Shown piece by piece: positions 1-10,150 of a stretch of 32,000 nt of DNA. This stretch comes from Pseudodesulfovibrio mercurii (GTDB lineage: Bacteria; Desulfobacterota; Desulfovibrionia; Desulfovibrionales; Desulfovibrionaceae): contig NC_016803.1 in NCBI RefSeq assembly GCF_000189295.2, positions 1,740,001-1,772,000 on the forward strand. The letters run 5' to 3'. The stretch's first letter is position 1. Every line of letters starts with the position of its first letter. Below the pieces are notes generated by a model. That model saw only the letters and a program-made list of their open reading frames with translations. It made no database searches and was not told the origin of the DNA. The position numbers and the translations under genes were made by a program.

Positions 1-95
1 AATTGATCGCCACCTGAACCGAACCAAAGGCAAAATGGGCATCCGCCATGCCGTGCTCCACAGATGTTTCGGGCGGACAGCCGCCCGGCTGCCGG

Positions 96-881
96 TTATT
101 GCGCGTCCTCGGCCCGGTCGTAGGACCGGACGATGCGCTCGTATTTCCCGCCGTCGCGGATGGCCTTCAATCCCCGGTCGAACCGCCCGCACAGGGTCTC
201 GTCGGCAAAAGCCACCTGCCGTTCCTGTTCCGGGAAGATCCGGCTGAAGCACACGTCCTGGTTCAGGTCCACGGACCGGGCCACCGGGGAGGACTTGAGC
301 CGATTGCGCCAGTAGCGGAAGACGCGCAGTTCGGAGATGACCACGTCCACCCGCCCGGAAAAGAGCATGCGCACCTGGAGGGACTGGTCGGACAATTCGG
401 CGTAGGAACCGTTGTCCCGGGCCATGGCCGCGAATTCGGGGCCAAGGTACTGGGCCGCGTCCTGAAACCCGAGGACCGCGTGTCCCGCCAGATCCCCGAT
501 GGAAGCGATGGTCAGGTCCCGGCTCGCCAGGCTCACGGCGTAATTCTGGAAGGTCAGGGTCGGCGCCGAATAAAAGACCCGGCGTCCGGTGCGCCCGGCC
601 AGGTCGTACCCCAGGCTGATGGCCAGGCAGTCCACGTCCCCTTCGGCGAAGGCCAGGGGCAGGCGCAGGTTGGGCAGGTAGACGAACTGCGTCTCCACCC
701 CGGCCGCACGGAAGGCCGCCCGGATGAGGTCCACCTCGAGGCCGGCGTCCAGCGTGCGGATGGCGTAGGGCGCGATGGAAAAGCCGACGCCCACCCGGAC
801 CGCCTGGGCGCTGGCCGCGACCGAGCCGCAGAGTACGACGGCCAACACGACCAAGGCCAGGAGGGAACGAAATCCACGCAT
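96..881 (-). CDS. Periplasmic solute-binding protein (family 3 / amino-acid ABC-type SBP fold), signal peptide
   Basis: 261-aa ORF. N-terminus MRGFRSLLALVVLAVVLCGSVAASAQA looks like a signal peptide. Overall resemblance to PBP type 2 amino-acid binding proteins. ATG at 881 preceded by AAGGTAGGG. Confidence 0.7.
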   Translation of the reverse strand: MRGFRSLLALVVLAVVLCGSVAASAQAVRVGVGFSIAPYAIRTLDAGLEVDLIRAAFRAAGVETQFVYLPNLRLPLAFAEGDVDCLAISLGYDLAGRTGRRVFYSAPTLTFQNYAVSLASRDLTIASIGDLAGHAVLGFQDAAQYLGPEFAAMARDNGSYAELSDQSLQVRMLFSGRVDVVISELRVFRYWRNRLKSSPVARSVDLNQDVCFSRIFPEQERQVAFADETLCGRFDRGLKAIRDGGKYERIVRSYDRAEDAQ

Positions 882-931
882 ACCGGGACCCTACCTTGAG
901 TCCGGGAGGGAGTCCAGCCGGAGACGGACGG

Positions 932-1750
932 TCACAGCCAGTTCACTTCGGGTTCGGGGCGCGGAGGCAGGGTCGTGTAGCGCCGGGCCGGACGGCCGAG
1001 CATGAGCGCCCCGTAAACCGCCTCCCCGTCGGCCACGCCGAGCTGCGCCCGCACCCCGGCGTCGTGCGCCGCGGCGGCCAGCAGGTAGCCGCACCAGCAG
1101 GCCCCGAGCCCGGCGGCCGAGGCGGCCAGCTCCAGGTAGGCGGTGGCGATGACCCCGTCCTCGCGCGGAGTGATGCCCTGCCTCGGCCCCACGGCCGCGA
1201 CCAGGGCCGGGGCATGGCGGCAGATGAGATCCGCGCCCGCGTCCCAGGCACGGACGATGCCGGTCAGGTGCAGGGCGGCGGCCAGGTCCGTCCCGGCCTC
1301 GGCCTCGGCGCGCATCCAGGCGGCCACACCCCCCGCCATGCCGGCGACCTTGTCCGCGCCCGAGACCGCGACCCAGCGGGTGGGCCGGGCGTTGTGGCCC
1401 GAGGGGCAGTAGCCGGTCACGGCCAGGAGCCGCTCGAGAAGCGCGCGGTCCACGGGCTCGTCGCGGAAGGCGCGCACGGACCGGCGGCCCTTGAGAAACT
1501 GTTCGGCCTGGTCCAGGGAGATGGCCAGGGTCCGGTCCAGAGGCTCGCCGGGCCGGTCGAAGCGCGTCAGCCGGATGGCGTCCGCCGGGCAGACGGCCAT
1601 GCAGTGGCCGCAGTCCAGGCAGTAGGCCTGCTTCTTCTCGTGGGGTTCGGGCAATCCGCCCTCTTCGAAGACGATGCACCCGGCCGGGCAGTCGGCGGCG
1701 CACAGGCCGTCCCTCCTGCAGCGGGTCTCGTCGATGATGAACAATGCCAT
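932..1750 (-). CDS. 4Fe-4S ferredoxin-domain / nitroreductase-family oxidoreductase
   Basis: I chose the internal start MALFIIDETRC (ATG at 1750, GGGAGGA RBS upstream) instead of the track start at 1915. CLDCGHCMAVCP ferredoxin motif. Nitroreductase-like segment RRSVRAFRDEPV ... GHNARP. Confidence 0.8.
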   Translation of the reverse strand: MALFIIDETRCRRDGLCAADCPAGCIVFEEGGLPEPHEKKQAYCLDCGHCMAVCPADAIRLTRFDRPGEPLDRTLAISLDQAEQFLKGRRSVRAFRDEPVDRALLERLLAVTGYCPSGHNARPTRWVAVSGADKVAGMAGGVAAWMRAEAEAGTDLAAALHLTGIVRAWDAGADLICRHAPALVAAVGPRQGITPREDGVIATAYLELAASAAGLGACWCGYLLAAAAHDAGVRAQLGVADGEAVYGALMLGRPARRYTTLPPRPEPEVNWL

Positions 1751-1814
1751 GTCGGTCCTCCCGGGGTTGGTCCATACAGTCTGTCCGCTTGCCCCCTTGC
1801 AGGCAAGCATTGCG

Positions 1815-1843
1815 TTGACCGTCAAGCGGTTTTCCCGTATTTC
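1815..1843 (+). promoter_or_regulatory. Candidate sigma70-type promoter for glnS (TTGACC-N17-TATTTC)
   Basis: TTGACC at 1815-1820, 17-nt spacer, TATTTC at 1838-1843, about 85 nt upstream of the glnS ATG. Sequence pattern only. Confidence 0.3.
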
Positions 1844-1926
1844 CGTGCCACGGGCAGGATGGGAAATCTTGCCCGATTTGCGACGGTTCGACCGAAATCC
1901 GGTCAATTCATACAACGAGGTTTTTC

Positions 1927-3699
<1,773 letters not shown>

Positions 3700-3723
3700 C
3701 CGCGCACGAAAATCATCAAGAAT

Positions 3724-3747
3724 AAGGCCGCCCTGCGCGGCCTTTTT
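3724..3747 (+). terminator. Rho-independent terminator after glnS
   Basis: AAGGCCGC / GCGGCCTT stem with a 5-nt loop; the T-run (3743-3747) begins within the 3' arm of the stem. About 25 nt past the glnS stop. Confidence 0.6.
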
Positions 3748-3790
3748 CATGCCCTCCGCCCGCCCCGGCCTTAAAATCAATATTTCCCGC

Positions 3791-3871
3791 TTGACATTGA
3801 TTGCTCAATCAATCTATAGCTGACCCAACGACTGATTGCACAATCAATCGATATATGATTGGACAGTCAAT
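3791..3871 (+). promoter_or_regulatory. TetR-gene promoter (TTGACA-N18-TATAGC) overlapped and followed by three 18-bp palindromic operators
   Basis: TTGACA 3791-3796; TATAGC 3815-3820. Operators: O1 ATTGATTG-CT-CAATCAAT 3796-3813 (perfect inverted repeat), O2 ACTGATTG-CA-CAATCAAT 3831-3848, O3 TATGATTG-GA-CAGTCAAT 3854-3871. Confidence 0.55.
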
Positions 3872-3893
3872 CGAAAGCGGGATACAAGAAGTC

Positions 3894-4484
3894 ATGACCA
3901 AGAAGGAAGCCATACTCTGCGCCGCCCAGGAGGCCTTCGGGCAACTGGGGTTCCACGCCGCCACCGTCAAGGACGTGGCCGGTCGCGCCGACGTTTCCTT
4001 CGGCCTTGTCTCCCACTACTTCGGCAGCAAGCAGGACCTGTTCCTGGCCGCCGGATTCGACATGGCCGACCGGCTGGTCCTCCGCCTGAGCGAGGCCACC
4101 GCCAAGGCCAAAAACGGCATGGAGGCCATCCGGGCCTACATGACCGCGTACTTCGATTTCACCGAAGAGCACAGGACCGGCTTCCCCGTCCTGTTGCGCT
4201 GTTCCCCCTTCAGCCACATGGAGCCCGGTGTGGACGGCGCCAAGGTGATGGAGAAGTTCAGCATCTTCATTGACGAATTGAAACGCTGCGTTGCCCTGGG
4301 CATCGAGGACGGCACCATCCGTTCCCTGCCCCTGGAACAGACCGCGCTGATCATCTACGGCAACATCGTCGGCTCCGTCCGCACCAGCCTCCTGTCCCCC
4401 TACGAGTCGACGGGGCTGTTCGCCGAGACCATCAATCACGTGGAACGCAGCATCACCGTCAGCCCCGGCCAGGGCGGCTGTTGA
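3894..4484 (+). CDS. TetR/AcrR-family transcriptional regulator
   Basis: Start MTKKEAIL at ATG 3894. N-terminal HTH AAQEAFGQLGFHAATVKDVAGRADVSFGLVSHYFGSKQDLF is typical of TetR_N. Confidence 0.85.
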   Translation: MTKKEAILCAAQEAFGQLGFHAATVKDVAGRADVSFGLVSHYFGSKQDLFLAAGFDMADRLVLRLSEATAKAKNGMEAIRAYMTAYFDFTEEHRTGFPVLLRCSPFSHMEPGVDGAKVMEKFSIFIDELKRCVALGIEDGTIRSLPLEQTALIIYGNIVGSVRTSLLSPYESTGLFAETINHVERSITVSPGQGGC

Positions 4485-4557
4485 AAATCCCCTGGCATGT
4501 CGTTGGTGCAGCGAAACGGACCGACAACGAATTTGTAAAGGAAGCGAGGTAACGAAC

Positions 4558-4680
4558 ATGTTCAAGAACCTTACCGCCGCAAGAATACTGGAAATCATAC
4601 TGGGCAGCCGTGCCTGGCTGAACTACATGGATTCCTTCAAGTCCTGGTCGAACGACTGGGCCAAGAGACAGCACCCTTAG
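4558..4680 (+). CDS. Candidate 40-aa small protein (MFKNLTAARILEIILGSRAWLNYMDSFKSWSNDWAKRQHP), below the ORF-track cutoff
   Basis: ATG 4558 preceded by AAGGAAGCGAGG. By hand count 30 of 40 codons end in G/C, consistent with coding in this genome. A terminator lies downstream at 4786-4814. No family recognised. Confidence 0.3.
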   Translation: MFKNLTAARILEIILGSRAWLNYMDSFKSWSNDWAKRQHP

Positions 4681-4785
4681 TCCCGAACGGATCAACACCT
4701 CCTAAGGCGCACAGAAATGGACCGCAACCCACACCTGACAGCCTGATAGATACGTTTCGGACACCCCGGCCTCGGCCGGGTATCT

Positions 4786-4814
4786 GGGAGCCGCGCAAGC
4801 GGCTCCCTTTTTTT
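4786..4814 (+). terminator. Rho-independent terminator (GGGAGCCGC-GCAA-GCGGCTCCC-T7)
   Basis: Perfect 9-bp GC-rich stem, GCAA tetraloop, seven T residues at 4808-4814. Confidence 0.75.
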
Positions 4815-4847
4815 GCGCCCCGTGACCGGCGGACAGCCCCGAGGCGG

Positions 4848-4914
4848 TGTCGCATATGCAACATTTATGTCGCATTGTGTCGCATAGCGCGACATGTGCG
4901 ACACTCATGCGACA
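4848..4914. promoter_or_regulatory. Array of TGTCGCAT / ATGCGACA repeats; probable enhancer-binding-protein (UAS) sites
   Basis: TGTCGCAT at 4848, 4868 and 4878. Inverted copies GCGCGACA 4887-4894, GTGCGACA 4896-4903, ATGCGACA 4907-4914. 4848-4863 is itself a near-palindrome (TGTCGCAT|ATGCAACA). The array lies 80-145 bp upstream of the sigma54 promoter at 4993. Confidence 0.5.
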
Positions 4915-4992
4915 CAACCCGCGACGGAATGAATTGTTTAGACTTTTTATAACCTATGGGAATGGCAGATTATAATACAAATAACGCCATGT

Positions 4993-5008
4993 TGGCACGC
5001 CGGTTGCT
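4993..5008 (+). promoter_or_regulatory. Sigma54 (-24/-12) promoter TGGCACGCCGGTTGCT
   Basis: Matches the consensus TGGCACG-N4-TTGCW at every specified position. About 50 nt upstream of ATG 5060. An AT-rich tract lies between it and the repeat array. Confidence 0.75.
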
Positions 5009-5059
5009 TTATAGTGCTTAACGATTCGCCAAAAACTTCAGACACTGCGGGAGGGCACA

Positions 5060-5308
5060 ATGTTTGAGAAGAACGTACCCAAGGTCGTCCAGGACTGCAT
5101 CCTCGACAGCGGAATCCAGGCCAAGGTCGTGGCCCAGAAGATCAACAAGCCGTATTCGACCCTGATGCGGGAAATCAATCCCTTTGACGCCAGTGCCAAG
5201 CTGGGTGCGGAGACCCTGCTCGAAATCATGAAGGTCACCCACGACATCCGCCCGCTCCAGTTCATGGCCGCCGAGATGGGCTTCAGCCTGGAGACCGGCA
5301 ACGCCTAG
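5060..5308 (+). CDS. Small HTH protein, phage 186 CII-like (Phage_CP76-like) regulator, copy 1
   Basis: 82 aa, GGGAGGG RBS. The segment KPYSTLMREINPFDASAKLGAETLLEIMKVTHD resembles the TLRNKLNP...ELWLLTDLT region of phage 186 CII as I remember it. Paralog of 12286-12594. Confidence 0.75.
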   Translation: MFEKNVPKVVQDCILDSGIQAKVVAQKINKPYSTLMREINPFDASAKLGAETLLEIMKVTHDIRPLQFMAAEMGFSLETGNA

Positions 5309-5328
5309 TCTGTTCCGGACCGCTTTTC

Positions 5329-5357
5329 GGCCGGGCCCCGTGCCCGGCCTTTTTTTT
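5329..5357 (+). terminator. Rho-independent terminator (GGCCGGGC...GCCCGGCC-T8)
   Basis: 8-bp GC stem followed by eight T residues at 5350-5357, 20 nt after the stop of the CII-like gene. Confidence 0.75.
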
Positions 5358-5393
5358 CGGGGTGCGCACGGCGCGGGAAAGTACCCTGACTTC

Positions 5394-5422
5394 TTGCCAA
5401 TATCGTCCGTTCGGCTTAGAAA
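5394..5422 (+). promoter_or_regulatory. Candidate sigma70-type promoter for the kinase operon (TTGCCA-N17-TAGAAA)
   Basis: Hexamers at 5394-5399 and 5417-5422, downstream of the terminator and about 40 nt upstream of ATG 5463. Pattern only. Confidence 0.3.
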
Positions 5423-5462
5423 TACAAAGGTATTCTCCAACCCGAGGACGGACGCGCGACCC

Positions 5463-7473
<2,011 letters not shown>

Positions 7474-7481
<8 letters not shown>

Positions 7482-8007
7482 TCTGTCCGATTGTCGTCTG
7501 TTGTGGTGTCACGGCTCCCTGAGCCGTCCCTGGGGAACCAAGAGCATGGCCCTGGCCGACCTGGCCGGGGAGTTCGGCCTGGTCATGGAGGGCCCGGACT
7601 TCAGCGACCTCGCGGGCCCGGACGACCGGGTGGAGCGCCTGCTGACCCTCCTGGCCGGGGACGACCGGCCCGTCATCCTGGCCGGATCGTCCATGGGCGG
7701 CTACGTGGCCGCGGCCACGGCCCTGCGCACGCCGGTCCAGTCCCTGTTCCTGCTGGCCCCGGCCTTCTATTTCCCCGGCTACGCCGTGCACGTCTTTCCG
7801 GACCTGCCCGACCGCGTGACCGTGGTCCACGGCTGGGACGACGACGTGGTCCCGGCGGACAACACCATCCGCTTCGCCCGGACCCACAAGGCGACCCTGC
7901 ACATGCTCCGCGACGGCCACCGCCTGGAGGGGTCCACGGAGACCCTGTGCGTCCTGTTCGCCCGGTTCCTGGCCGGCACGAAACGGGACCTGGAGCAACA
8001 CGCATGA
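7474..8007 (+). CDS. Small alpha/beta-fold hydrolase (YqiA-like esterase family)
   Basis: ATG 7474 preceded by GAGGAGGA and overlapping the kinase stop by 8 nt. Nucleophile elbow GSSMGG; VHGWDDDVVP and DGHRL supply candidate Asp and His. Confidence 0.75.
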
Positions 8008-9167
8008 CCCGCGGCCGCCGGGTCCTGGGTCTGCTGGCGCTGTGCGCCGCCCTGGCGGTCCAGGCCCTGGCGGTCGCCCCGGTCCGGGCCGAGGGGTTTC
8101 CCCTTCGGCCCTACTACCCCGAGGTGCCGCCCATCTCCACGGACCGGCTCCTGGCCGGATACGACACGGCCGTGGTGGTCGATATCCGCTCCCGCCTGGA
8201 GTACGAGGTGGCCCACATCAACAAGGCCGTGCTCCTGCCCCTGACGGACAAGGACTTCGCCCGCAAGCTCGAGGCCCTGCGCCCCAAGGACGGACCCGAG
8301 CCGCTGGTCTTCTACTGCAACGGCCACGCCTGCGCCAAGAGCTACCAAGCGGCCCAGCTGGCCCTGTCCCTGGGATTCGGCCAGGTCTTCGCCTATGACG
8401 GCGGCATCTTCGACTGGATCACCGCCGCCCCGGACAAGGCCACGCTCATGGGCGAAACCCCGGCGCGCCGGGACCGAGTCCTGTCCAGGGAATCCCTCGA
8501 CCGGCGGATGCTCGGCCACGAGGAGTTCGAGCGGCAGGCGCGCGAACCCGGCACCCTGGTCATCGACATCCGCGACCCGTTCCAGCGGGACGTCGTCCCC
8601 CGGCTGCCGGGCATCCGGGCCATCCCCCTGGACGCCCTGCTCGACCTGGTGACCTCGCGCATCTGGACCGAGAAACGGCTGCTCTTCTTCGACGCCGTGG
8701 GCAAACAGGTCGGCTGGCTGCACTATTTCCTCAAGGCCTACGACTACTTCGACTACGGGTTCCTGGACGGCGGCGTCCGCGCCATCGCCGGTGACCCGGC
8801 CCTGGTCCGCCCGGTGGTCGAGGCCGACCGGACCGTGATCAGCGACCAGGCCATGCTCCTCCGGCTCACAGCCGACCAGCGCCTGGACAACGCGGACCGG
8901 CGCGTGATCAGCTACCTCCTGGCCAACGTCAAGTTCAACAACTACGTAGTCATCGACATGGACCGGCTCGGCGCGGAGACCGGCATCGGCAAGCCCATGC
9001 TCCTCAATTCCATGGACAAACTATCCGGGCTGGGCTATGCCGTGCATGCGCTCATGCAGGACATGCTCATCGTCCAGGTGGACCCGAGGCTGGCCTGGAA
9101 GGGCGAGCTGGGCACCGCCCTGTGGCGGGACAAGGTCCGGGAATTCAACAACGCCAGGAACAAGTAG
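8004..9167 (+). CDS. Rhodanese-like tandem-domain protein with N-terminal signal/anchor and C-terminal winged-helix-like domain
   Basis: ATGA overlap with the upstream stop. MTRGRRVLGLLALCAALAVQALAVAPVRAEG. Domain 1 has the loop FYCNGHACAKS. Domain 2 has FFDAVGKQV (no Cys). The C-terminal roughly 100 aa (RRVISYLLANVKFNNYVVIDMDRLGAETGIGKPMLLNSMDKLSGLGYA) looks wHTH-like. Confidence 0.7.
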   Translation: MTRGRRVLGLLALCAALAVQALAVAPVRAEGFPLRPYYPEVPPISTDRLLAGYDTAVVVDIRSRLEYEVAHINKAVLLPLTDKDFARKLEALRPKDGPEPLVFYCNGHACAKSYQAAQLALSLGFGQVFAYDGGIFDWITAAPDKATLMGETPARRDRVLSRESLDRRMLGHEEFERQAREPGTLVIDIRDPFQRDVVPRLPGIRAIPLDALLDLVTSRIWTEKRLLFFDAVGKQVGWLHYFLKAYDYFDYGFLDGGVRAIAGDPALVRPVVEADRTVISDQAMLLRLTADQRLDNADRRVISYLLANVKFNNYVVIDMDRLGAETGIGKPMLLNSMDKLSGLGYAVHALMQDMLIVQVDPRLAWKGELGTALWRDKVREFNNARNK

Positions 9168-9169
9168 CC

Positions 9170-10150
9170 ATGCGCAGCGCCTTTCCGAAACCGTCCGCCG
9201 TCCCAACCCTGGCCCTGGCCCTGTGCCTCGTATTCCTGCTCCCTGGCCCGGCCCGGGCCCTGGAAAAGGCGTCCCTGGTCCTGCAATGGCTGCCCCAGGC
9301 CCAGTTCGCGGGCTACTTCGTGGCCCTGGACAAGGGGTTCTACGCCGAGGAGGGCATCGACCTGACCATCCGGCCCGGCGGACCGGACATCCTGGCCAGC
9401 GAACAGCTGGAGGACGGCAGGGCGGACTTCGCCACCCTGTTCCTGACCACCGGGCTCGAACGGCACGAGTCCCTGCCCCTGGTCAACATAGCCCAGATCG
9501 TCCAGCACTCCGCGCTCATGCTCATCGCCAGGACCTCGTCCGGCATCAAGACCTTCCACGACCTGGACGGCCGGAAGGTCGGCCTGTGGGCCAACGAATT
9601 CCAGATCCAGCCCCGGGCCCTGTTCCGGCGCGAGAACATCCACGTGACCGTGGTCCCGCAGACCTCGTCCCTGGACCTGTTCATGCGCGGCGGCGTGGCC
9701 GCCTGTTCGGGCATGTGGTACAACGAATACCACACCTTGCTGACCTACGGCCTGGATGAAACGGACCTCCAGCCCCTGTTCTTCACCGACGCTGGCCTGA
9801 ATTTTCCCGAGGACGGCATCTACTGCCTGGACAAGACCGCCCGCGAGCGGCCCGAGGTCTGTGCAGGGCTGGTCCGGGCCACCCTCAAGGGCTGGCGCTG
9901 GGCCTTCGAGCACAAGGACGAGGCCCTGGACATCGTGCTCCGGCACATGGAGGCGGCCAGGGTCCCGGCCGGACGGGCGCACCAGCGCTGGATGCTCGAA
10001 CGCATGGAGGACGTGACCATGCCCGAAGGCGTGCCCATGGGCGTGCTGCGCCGAGAGGACTACGAACGGGTGGTCCGGGCCCTGACCGAAACCAGGTTCG
10101 TGGACCATCCGCCGAGCTACGAGGACTTCTACAAGGGGGAGGCGCAGTGA
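9170..10150 (+). CDS. Periplasmic substrate-binding protein, NMT1/THI5-like (nitrate/sulfonate/bicarbonate SBP family)
   Basis: ATG 9170 sits 2 nt after the upstream stop. Signal peptide MRSAFPKPSAVPTLALALCLVFLLPGPARA. LVLQWLPQAQFAGYFVALDKGFYAEEGIDL is typical of this family. Confidence 0.8.
   Translation: MRSAFPKPSAVPTLALALCLVFLLPGPARALEKASLVLQWLPQAQFAGYFVALDKGFYAEEGIDLTIRPGGPDILASEQLEDGRADFATLFLTTGLERHESLPLVNIAQIVQHSALMLIARTSSGIKTFHDLDGRKVGLWANEFQIQPRALFRRENIHVTVVPQTSSLDLFMRGGVAACSGMWYNEYHTLLTYGLDETDLQPLFFTDAGLNFPEDGIYCLDKTARERPEVCAGLVRATLKGWRWAFEHKDEALDIVLRHMEAARVPAGRAHQRWMLERMEDVTMPEGVPMGVLRREDYERVVRALTETRFVDHPPSYEDFYKGEAQ

Noticed and set aside
1878-1900. GGTTCGACCGAAATCC, a T-loop-like string suggesting a tRNA
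   Set aside because: It does not match GGTTCGAATCC spacing. No acceptor, D or anticodon stems can be drawn around it. It lies in the glnS promoter and leader region.
4848-4914. The TGTCGCAT repeat cluster considered as a CRISPR array or transposon terminal repeat
   Set aside because: The units are only 8 bp with 2-12-bp spacing and mixed orientation, and there are no cas or transposase genes nearby. Their position about 100 bp upstream of a consensus sigma54 promoter fits enhancer sites far better.
7491-8003. N-terminal extension of the rhodanese ORF (track start 7491) and of the hydrolase ORF (track start 7333)
   Set aside because: The extensions overlap the preceding genes in other frames and translate to P/G/R-rich junk. 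The internal starts (8004, 7474) have RBSs, show stop-start coupling and give sensible N-termini.
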